Origin: Basidiobolus meristosporus CBS 931.73 | Lineage: Eukaryota; Fungi; Basidiobolomycota | Length of the DNA stretch: 36,332 nucleotides | Assembly (NCBI GenBank): GCA_002104905.1 | Contig: MCFE01000786.1 | Location: 1 to 36,332 of the forward strand | Reading direction: 5' to 3' | Shown here: piece by piece, positions 13,512 to 24,600 of the stretch | Numbering within the stretch: position 1 is the first letter of the stretch | How the letters are laid out: each line of letters starts with the position of its first letter | Position numbers and translations under genes: made by a program | Notes under the pieces: model-generated | Database searches by the model: none | What the model saw: only the letters and a program-made list of their open reading frames with translations | Told to the model about the DNA's origin: nothing

Positions 13512-14542
13512 AACTTAAGTACATTGTAGCATATAAATATTTTACATTAGAAAGGTATTTTTTTTTTTGGGGGGGGCCAAATATATGAATTGCACGAGTG
13601 ACTGGTTTGTAATTCGATAGTGGCGAGCTAATTCAAATTAGGCTACCCTGAAATCTATCATTATCTGTGCTTCTATTTATTCGAATTATCCAGTCCATCT
13701 GTAGCATCGTTCAGCTATGTACATGGCATTCCAATTCAAAGTTTGCCAACATTGATATATTAATTGCCTATACCCCTGTGTTAGCTTGAGAATGGACATT
13801 GTTAATCGACTAGTGTTCAGGATTGGTGGTGATCAATGAATTATATGCCTATAGTTTAATCTAATTATGCCGGCCTAGTTCAATACCCATTAAATTTCAG
13901 AACTTTAGTCTAATTCCCGTGTTCTTGACGGATGGCGCCGTGTAGAAATGTGGAGGTAAAGTTTAGTCATCAAAAGTAAGATCATGTAACCTTGGCAGAG
14001 TATAATATGAAACTGATGACTGTTTCATTCGTGTGTGTGGGGCAATGGGTCGCATTTTTCACCTGAAAATGGCTTAACGAATCGAGACTAGGCAGATAGG
14101 ACTTGGTGTATCAATTGCTCCAAATTGGAATTCCGGAATTATTATCAATCAGATACATTAAGTAAACCCTCCCAATTTCTTTAGCCTATCAGGCTGTGCT
14201 CTTGAGCAGTAGTAAGTGCCCACTCTTATCGGAGTTACCAAAATCTACGATGGTACGATGAACCTCGACCGATTTGGATTCTCGTGGTTCGCACCATATT
14301 GTCAATGGAATCAGCTATTACCCGAGAATGAAATTCACCGGGTATTCTTATTTAGTATAAGGGTTGTATGGGGATGCATGTAATATCTTCCTCAACCAAC
14401 CTTAGTTGTGATAATTTCCATACGAAACAAACTTCCACTTTACACTTTCTCCTTTACTTTCACTGGCACTCGCTAAGTAGTCAACTTGGTGACCCATAGT
14501 GTTATCAGTCCTTATTTTACAAACGTTTTCGTTCGCTAAGTT

Positions 14543-15738
14543 ATGCTCAGTCTTGATGAGATGACGGTACCAACTCCCCAATCACCTTGCAAGTTTACTT
14601 TAGAAGATTACTTGAGCTGTCTAAGTAGCCCTGCATTACTTCTACACTACTCTCCCGCCCACACAGAAACTGCACCCCCTACCATAACAATACAGTATGC
14701 CAACGAATACTTGCTTAATTTGTGTGGCGTGAAAAATCTGAGTAAGATTTCCAACCAGCTGCGAGATTTTATTTTTCCGGCAAATGAAGGGCAGTTTCTC
14801 AGCTGGCTACAAAGAGTGAATTCCAACCAAGCCTCCGATAACGAAACTTACACAATTCAAATTAACGACAGGCAACTGGACTCCATACACCACTCAAATT
14901 CGAGTAAAAAGAATAATGAAATGGTGATAGGTCAGGTGGAGCTCAGATGGAGCGGAGTCAGCATAAAGAACGAAGCAATAGTCCTCACGGGGATTGTTGT
15001 TACTAGGGAGAGCCCAAGTAGCATAGCAAGTGAGCTGGAAAATACCTCAAGTGAAGAATCGACCGAAGCAGAACACACGGAAATCATCGAAAGCGAGGTT
15101 GAGCTGGATGATTGGCAAAGCATACCCCAGGTAAGTTCCGTGATAAGAAACTAGTAATGATTAGGCGGTCAGGCGTAGGGTAGATGACTAATCCTCGAGT
15201 TTTGATCAAGCTCGCAACCATGCTGTCGGGTGGAGGCGTTATGGGGGAGATGCTACGTAACTACGATTGGAGCAGCTCGCCGTTAGGGCCAGTCACCAAG
15301 TGGCCCCAGTCCCTGCTCACAGCGGTGTCACTGTGCATGGCATCCACACTTCCTATGGCAGTGTGGTGGGGACCGCAGTTCACGATCATCTAGTAAGTAG
15401 AGGCCAACCATACGCATGAGTGCAGTGATTGTTGACCGAGCATGAGCAGAGCCGTTGTTGGAAGCAAACGAATTAACCATATATTTCGCGTAGCAATGAT
15501 GCATACCATGGGGTTGCAGGACAAAAGCACCCAAGCATGTTCGGGAAGGAAGGGCCCGTCCACTGGGCAGAACTCTGGGATGATGTAGGTCCGCTAGCGC
15601 ATTTAGCAATGCAAGGAACAAACTCGTATGTCGAAGACAACCTGCTGTTCATGACCAGGAAAGGGTATCTCGAGGAGACATATATCACGGTAAGCAAGTG
15701 TGATAAGATCTACTTTACGGGTGGCGGGGGGGGGAGCG

Positions 15739-15785
<47 letters not shown>

Positions 15786-18700
15786 AAGTGATGCTAACCA
15801 AACCGATTTTAGTGGTCGTACATACCGGTCAGACAGGAGGATGGCACAGTAGGCGGATTCCTGAATCCTTATATTGAGGTGACGGAGCGAATCCTTGCTG
15901 AGCGGAGACTCAAAACGCTCAAAGACATCAATGCAGACGCGGCAGTGGCAAAGGATACAAGAGAGATGCTCAGTTCGATAGGGACAGTCCTGTCTGAGAA
16001 TCCATATGACATACCATTTGCGGCCCTCTACACACACATTCTACCAGATGACGAGGAGATGGAAGAATCATACGACAACGTGAGCAGCACTACAACAAAG
16101 TCGGACACTCTACACCTGACGCAGACAATAGGAATGCCAGAAGAACATCCATCAATGTTCCCAATCATTAGACTTGCACCATCGTTCCATGCCAATATCT
16201 TGCAGGACGCAGTGAGACTTGCGTATGAAAGCAAGCAAAGCGTGAAGATCGAGCTGGGTGAATGGTTTGGGGAGGTGCCAATTCGTGGATGGGATGCCGC
16301 CGCTACCCAAGCAGTAGTAAGTCCGATCACAGGGAGCAACAAGGATGGAGTTCTAGGAGTGATAGTGATGGGAATCAATGCCAGACGCGAATATGATGAG
16401 AATTACGAGACGTTTGTTGATCTCGTTTGTCGGCAAACAGGATCAGCCATCATCAACATCAGTGCATACGAGGAAGAGGTTCGGAGATTCAAGGAGTTGG
16501 CGGCAATTGACCGAGCCAAGACAGCATTCTTCAGCTCAGTTTCACACGAGCTCCGCACACCACTAACCTTGATCTTGGGACCAGTCAAGGATTTACTATT
16601 AGAGAGAGATCTAGCAAAAGAAACCAGAACCAAGCTCACGTATATGAACCGGAATGCAGAGCGGCTACTGCGACTAGTGAATCTACTGTTGGACTTCAGC
16701 AAAATCGAAGCAGGAAAGATGCAGGTAAGTGCCAGATATGTTCTTGAGACGGGAGTGAGGTGAATGAATGAGTGAGTACTAACGTGGAAACATGATCATG
16801 TTGTAGGCCACTTTCCAAGAAACAAATCTGGGCAAGTTCACGGCCGACCTGGCGAGCATGTTCCGATCAGCGATTGAGAAAGGAGGAGTCCGGTTTGAGG
16901 TGGACTGTGAGAGGATGGAAAGGAATGTATGGGTTGACAGGGACATGTGGGAGAAGATCGTGTTCAACCTGATTGGGAATGCATTCAAATTCACGATGAA
17001 AGGGTCGATCACAGTGAAGCTGGCATCATCTGAGGATGACAGGCAAGCGATACTGTCGGTGGCAGACACTGGGGATGGGATCCCGAGCCATGAGATTATG
17101 CGAGTGTTTGAGCGGTTCCACCGAGTCGAAGGACGAAAAGGGCGCAGCCACGAAGGGACAGGAATTGGGCTTGCACTGACCCAAGAGCTCGCCAAGTTGC
17201 ACGGTGGTACAGTTGGAGTGACCAGTGAGTTTGGTAAAGGAAGGTGAGTGAGATTCAAATCTTTGGATATACGTCACGGTGCGATGGCTGATTTCGGAAA
17301 GTAACTAACACAGATTATACCAATGCTCATTAGTGTATTCACTGTACACATCCCGTTCGGATGTAGCCATCTTCCAAAGGATCGATTGATTACAGCCTCA
17401 ATGGAGCAGGTGAATGAGGTTGAGGTTGAGGTTGACATGCCCAGCAGATATGGCCGATCAATTGTGGATGAGGCTCGTCACTGGCTACCACAGTCGGATG
17501 AGGACAGCACCGAGTATCACTCGAACACATCAAGTACCGATTCAAATGCCGGTGGGTCAATCACCTTCCCAGTCGTCAGCCGTGGTTGTCGCGTACTACT
17601 CGCAGACGACAATGTGGACATGAGAAAGTACATCAAGAGCATCCTGGAGAAATGGTGGAGAGTGACCGAGGCAGAGGATGGAGAGCAAGCATACCAGATG
17701 GCAATTGCAGACCCACCAGATCTGATTGTGAGTGATGTGATGATGCCTAACCTCGATGGATATGGTCTGTTGAAGCTACTTCGAACTCAGCCTCTCACCA
17801 AATTCGTCCCAGTGATTCTGCTGAGTGCACAAGCTGGTGAGGAGGCACGAGTGGATGGGCTGAGTGCCGGGGCGGATGACTACCTTGTGAAGCCATTCAG
17901 TGCGAAGGAGCTGGTTGCCAGAGTGCATACCCATCTGGAACTCGGGAAGCTGAGGGTTGAACTAGAGAGGATGGTGAAGGAAAGAACCAAGGAGCTGATT
18001 GCCAGTGAAGCCAGATACAAGACTCTCACTAAGCTTAGTCCTGTCGGGATATTCAGAACAGATTTGGAGGTAAGTGTTTTGCCAGAAGTAAGGAACTGGG
18101 GCTTGCCCCATCTTGTTTCCACAACGTGTGCTTTGATATTTGAGCCTAGTACTAACTTCTGGATTGAACATTGCAGGGGAATGTAACGTACACAAATGAC
18201 AAGTGGTGGAGCATCTCGGGTCACAATCGGGAGATGGATCCATCAGCTGTTGATTTCCTGTCCAGCGTGCATCCTGATGATCGTGAACATGTTGATCGAA
18301 TTTGGAAAGAGGCACAACGTGCTCAAGTAAGTTCAGCTGTTGAGTTCAGATGGAAGTGGGCAAACGGAGAAACTCGCTGGTGCTTCAGTACGTGAATGCC
18401 TATTTATATTCCCCGAGTAGGTTATATTAACAGTATGCTTACCCAAATTGTATGTTGCTAGACGAAATGATTTTGCAACATGATAATGAAATGAAGCCAT
18501 GTGGTTTTGTTGGAGCACTAACTGATCTTACCGAACGGAAGCGGTTGGAACAAGAGCGCCTTTCTGCTGTCAGACTTGCAGAACAGCAACAACGGCATCG
18601 TGCCGAAGAAGCTGAGGAGGTGAAGAGGCAGCAGGAGCTGTATATTGATATGACCTGCCATGAGCTGCGCAATCCTCTCAACGGAATCTACCACAGTGCA

Positions 18701-20558
18701 GACCTGCTGCACGAATCACTGGAGAAAGTGCAGAAAGAGGTGCGTAAGGAAAGCATCGCGAAAGTGGCCAACTGGCTGGAGAAAGAGATTGAGGATGATC
18801 TGGATGTTGTTGATACGATCACCCTCTGTGCTCAGCACCAAAAGGTAGGGTTCTATTCTATGGATGAGGATGGCGACGATAGCACCAGAATGAGTACAAG
18901 TATGTGAGACCGGAGGTTAACATGATTTCATTTGTATGAATAGAAAATTGCAGATGATGTGCTACACATGTCGAAGATCAACATGAATCTGCTGGTACTG
19001 TCGAAGACCAAGCTACGTCCTGTTGAGGTTGTCACGAATGTGATTCGAATGTTTGAGACCGAGGTGCGTCTGAAGGAGATAGATTTGAAGTTAGTTTTGG
19101 CTGAAGGGTACACTCGCATGAAGGTGGACTGGGTGAAGGGGGATCCCACACGGTTCACACAGATATTGTAAGTAGACATATACAGTATCATATGACAAAG
19201 GGTTAACGTATTTTACTTTGGTTTAATCAGAATCAACTTTATGACGAACGCGATTCGGTTCACGGAGAGGGTTCCATTTAGACAAGTGGTTGTCACACTC
19301 GATGCATCTGACCGGGTACCCTCACAGCCAGTTATTGAATCGCCAGCTATGGAGACCGTGCGACAAACAGGTGATACGATTAGTGAGGACGATGTGGGCT
19401 GCAAGATCAACCATTCAACCAAGATTAAAGCTGAACGTGAATTACCAATGGTTGGGTCCGATTCTGGGGATGGTGGGAAGGCGTATTTTGGAGCTGAAGG
19501 AAACAGACCAGCAGTCGCACACCCTGATGCTTTATACATTGCAGTCGCCATCAAGGATAGTGGAGTTGGGATGACAACTGATGAACAGGCGAACCTATTC
19601 AAGCGATTCGCCCAAGCCACCCCTCGAACATACGCCGAGTTTGGAGGAAGTGGACTAGGACTGTTCATCAGCAAGCGATTGGTGGAGCTGCATGATGGCA
19701 AGATCACTGTGAGATCGAAGAAAGGTGATGGTACAACATTCACTTTCTACCTGAAGTGTGATCGAGTGGATGATATCGAAGAAGGAAAAGCTGAAGGATG
19801 CGTAGGGGTCGGGAGTAGTCCTAATGCAGCGGAGATGATGTACACAGAGCCACACAAGCCACCGGTAAATAACCTACCGACCACTGAAGAGCAGAAGAGC
19901 AAGCCAAAGAAGAAGGCAACCGCACTCAAAGCAAAGAAGAAAGGCTCGAAGGCTCGAGATGAGAAGCTGGTCTGCACGAAGGAGAGACTGGATTCTTCGG
20001 TTTGGAGACGATCCAATGATATGGAATCGAACCCCCGAACTGGCTTGGAGAGCAAATGCCATACCAAATCTCAGGGTATATCGGTCGGAACCAGCTACAG
20101 CATTCTAGTTGTGGAGGACAATCTTATCAACCAACGAGTGCTCAAACGACAACTGGAGCTAGCGGGATTCTCGGTTGGGGTGGCCAAACATGGTGCTGAA
20201 GCGTTAGAGGTGATGAGTAAGGTCAGCTATCACCTGATCCTAATGGTAAGTCATCCCCTTGAGAAGTGTGAGGCTATTTCATGTAATCAACGATGATTGA
20301 CCGGAATGGGTTCGATTTGTGTAGGATCTGGAGATGCCAGTGATGGGTGGACTGGAATGCACGCAGCGGATCCGAGAGCTTGAGAAATCCGCGGGAGAGC
20401 AGCAAGTTCCGATTATCGGAGTGTCAGGGAATGCGCGGGAAGAGTACAGGCGCCTTGCCCTAGCATCAGGAATGACGGACTACGTTATCAAGCCATACGA
20501 CAAGCAAGCGCTCATCAGCCTCATCAACTCATTCTTAGCTAGCATAGTGCCTATCTGA
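14543..20558 (+). CDS. Dual hybrid histidine kinase, copy 3 (~1705 aa, 11 exons: 14543-15130, 15211-15392, 15494-15689, 15813-16724, 16807-17243, 17334-18069, 18177-18387, 18462-18844, 18944-19167, 19231-20245, 20325-20558)
   Basis: Same catalytic motifs; exons sum to 5118 nt in frame; all splice sites GT-AG. Confidence 0.92.
15742..15782. repeat. Intronic microsatellite (GA)19(GT)1 in HK copy 3
   Basis: Read directly, preceded by a G9 run. Confidence 0.95.
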
Positions 20559-21663
20559 ATTGCATCTGCATTGTACCATGTATATAGCCTATACTAGATT
20601 GTCAACTTTTGGATATGAAATAAAAAAACATCTGTAGGTATCAAGATCTTGTAAACTTATTACGACTCAAGATCGCAGGAACATTTCTAGGTGTCTTGCT
20701 GAAACTATTCTGACACTTGATTTAAATGGTTTACTGGTTGAAATGGTGATATGAACCAACCTCATTTTACCATCCAACGAAATGTGAATTTAATATACTG
20801 CCAAGTACAGTGTATCATAGATGATGTAATCATTGCCAAATTCTATTCCAAGCTCTGGGAGATTCCCATGACGTAATTCGCGATACAGGTACTGCTCCTT
20901 TCAAGCAAATGGGAAACTCGGGTTAAATAGGCTAATCCACCAAGACAGCGTTTTCCATGCCCCTGCTAACATATATGTCTATTCCGATGCCGTCTGTGAT
21001 TACGAATTAGATATCAAAGTAGCTGTATAGAACCGTTGGTGTTTTGAGCAGGTGTAATGTGGAGATTTCGGTAGTTGAGCTGGGCTTTTTGGCTCATTCG
21101 TCTGTAAAATCAAATTGCTAATTCTTGGAGAATAAGGGGTAAGGTGGATGGTCTAGTAGGAGCAACAGACCATGTGGGGCTTGGGTTTTCGGATTGGTGA
21201 TTCATCTGAATCAAAATTGCATGTTGATTGATAATGCTGCGATGTGCTGCATAGGACATCAGATTTACCCGATGAACCAGTTTATTACTCTTTTAAGCAG
21301 GCTAACAAATTATCATTGTAGCTGCTGTCTCATCTCATCAAGAATGATCTTTAAATCTACGATCGCAGTGCCGGCCTCGTCCAAATTTGGTATTGGTTCA
21401 AATTGACAATAGGTTATCTATAACTCGAGGAGAAATTCACCAAAAGCATTCATGTTCGACATCAAGATTGTTGTCTAATGCACTTTAATAGATCCTCCTT
21501 ACCCATATCCAACTCACCTGCTCCTTTCACAATTTAAATATTGTCAACACCTCTGTACTTTCTCTGGTCCTCTAAACGACACTCGTATACCACTTATTAA
21601 TAGTATTCGATAGTAATTGCATCAATCCCTCCATCAAAACCTCCGTCCGTAACTCTGCAAAAA

Positions 21664-24600
21664 ATGCTCAGTTTGGACATAATGCCAGCTCCAACACACC
21701 CCTCACCTTACGCACTTACTTTGGAGGACTACCTGAGCTGCCTAAGTAGGCCTGCACTACTCCTGAAATACACGCCTCCCAATACTACAACTTTATCTCC
21801 TGCTGTATCCATACTATATGCCAATGACTATTTCCTCAGCATATGTGGCACAAAGAACGTGTCGACTATATCCAACCGGCTGAAGCAATTGATTGCTCCA
21901 AAAGATGAGGCTCCATTTCTCAACTGGCTTCAAAAAGTGAGCGTAAACGAAGTTTCCGATAAAGACACCTGTACTATTCGCATTTGCACCCAGCAACTTC
22001 ACCCAGCATCTTACTCAAACGGCAGCCGAAAAAGCGAAATGGCCAGAGCAGAAGTGGAGCTCAGATGGAGCGGAGTCAGCATAAGGAACGAAGCAATAGT
22101 CCTCACGGGGATTGTTGTTACTAGGGAGAGCCCAAGTAGCATAGCAAGTGAGCTGGAAAATACCTCAAGTGAAGAATCGACCGAAGCAGAACACACGGAA
22201 ATCATCGAAAGCGAGGTTGAGCTGGATGATTGGCAAAGCATACCCCAGGTAAGTTCCGTGATAAGAAACTAGTAATGATTAGGCGGTCAGGCGTAGGGTA
22301 GATGACTAATCCTCGAGTTTTGATCAAGCTCGCAACCATGCTATCGGGTGGAGGCGTTATGGGGGAGATGCTACGTAACTACGATTGGAGCAGCTCGCCG
22401 TTAGGGCCAGTCACCAAGTGGCCCCAGTCCCTGCTCACAGCGGTGTCACTGTGCATGGCATCCACACTTCCTATGGCAGTGTGGTGGGGACCGCAGTTCA
22501 CGATCATCTAGTAAGTAGAGGCCAACCATACGCATGAGTGCAGTGATTGTTGACCGAGCATGAGCAGGGCCGTTGTTGGAAGCAAACGAATTAACCATAT
22601 ATTTCGCGTAGCAATGATGCATACCATGGGGTTGCAGGACAAAAGCACCCAAGCATGTTTGGGAAGGAAGGGCCCGTCCACTGGGCAGAACTCTGGGATG
22701 ATGTAGGTCCGCTAGCGCATTTAGCAATGCAAGGAACAAACTCGTATGTCGAAGACAACCTGCTGTTCATGACCAGGAAAGGGTATCTCGAGGAGACATA
22801 TATCACGGTAAGCGAGTGTGATAAGATCTACTTTACGGGTGGCGGGGGGGAGCGGATGAGAGAGAGAGAGAGTGTGTGTGTGTGTGTGTGGACAAGTGAT
22901 GCTAACCAAACCGATTTTAGTGGTCGTACATACCGGTCAGACAGGAGGATGGCACAGTAGGCGGATTCCTGAATCCTTATATTGAGGTGACGGAGCGAAT
23001 CCTTGCTGAGCGGAGACTCAAAACGCTCAAAGACATCAATGCAGACGCGGCAGTGGCAAAGGATACAAGAGAGATGCTCAGTTCGATAGGGACAGTCCTG
23101 TCTGAGAATCCATATGACATACCATTTGCGGCCCTCTACACACACATTCTACCAGATGACGAGGAGATGGAAGAATCATACGACAACGTGAGCAGCACTA
23201 CAACAAAGTCGGACACTCTACACCTGACGCAGACAATAGGAATGCCAGAAGAACATCCATCAATGTTCCCAATCATTAGACTTGCACCATCGTTCCATGC
23301 CAATATCTTGCAGGACGCAGTGAGACTTGCGTATGAAAGCAAGCAAAGCGTGAAGATCGAGCTGGGTGAATGGTTTGGGGAGGTGCCAATTCGTGGATGG
23401 GATGCCGCCGCTACCCAAGCAGTGGTAAGTCCGATCACAGGGAGCAACAAGGATGGAGTTCTAGGAGTGATAGTGATGGGAATCAATGCCAGACGCGAAT
23501 ATGATGAGAATTATGAGACGTTTGTTGATCTCGTTTGTCGGCAAACAGGATCAGCCATCATCAACATCAGTGCATACGAGGAAGAGGTTCGGAGATTCAA
23601 GGAGTTGGCGGCAATTGACCGAGCCAAGACAGCATTCTTCAGCTCAGTTTCACACGAGCTCCGCACACCACTAACCTTGATCTTGGGGCCAGTGAAAGAC
23701 ATGCTGTTGGAAAAAGATCTAGCATCTGAGACCAAGATCAAACTCACATACATGCATCGCAATGCGGAACGGCTATTACGATTAGTAAATCTATTGATGG
23801 ACTTCAGCAAAATCGAAGCAGGAAGGATGCAGGTAAGTGACAGATCTGACTATAAAACTGTAGTCAGGTGGATGAATGGATTGTGCTTGAGAGAGTGAGT
23901 GAGTAAATGTGTACTAACGTGGAAACATGATCATGTTGTAGGCCACTTTCCAAGAAACAAATCTAGGCAAGTTCACGGCCGACCTGGCGAGCATGTTCCG
24001 ATCAGCGATTGAGAAAGGAGGAGTCCGGTTTGAGGTGGACTGTGAGAGGATGGAAAGGAATGTATGGGTTGACAGGGACATGTGGGAGAAGATCGTGTTC
24101 AACCTGATTGGGAATGCATTCAAATTCACGATGAAAGGGTCGATCACAGTGAAGCTGGCATCATCTGAGGATGACAGGCAAGCGATACTGTCGGTGGCAG
24201 ACACTGGGGATGGGATCCCGAGCCATGAGATTATGCGAGTGTTTGAGCGGTTCCACCGAGTCGAAGGACGAAAAGGGCGCAGCCACGAAGGGACAGGAAT
24301 TGGGCTTGCACTGACCCAAGAGCTCGCCAAGTTGCACGGTGGTACAGTTGGAGTGACCAGTGAGTTTGGTAAAGGAAGGTGAGTGAGATTCAAATCTTTG
24401 GATATACGTCACGGTGCGATGGCTGATTTCGGAAAGTAACTAACACAGATTATACCAATGCTCATTAGTGTATTCACTGTACACATCCCGTTCGGATGTA
24501 GCCATCTTCCAAAGGATCGATTGATTACAGCCTCAATGGAGCAGGTGAGTGAGGTTGAGGTTGAGGTTGACATGCCCAGCAGATATGGCCGATCAATTGT

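Noticed and set aside
13558-13576. T11-G8 homopolymer junction after copy 2
   Set aside because: No target-site duplication or element body nearby to support a retro-insertion tail; treated as simple sequence.
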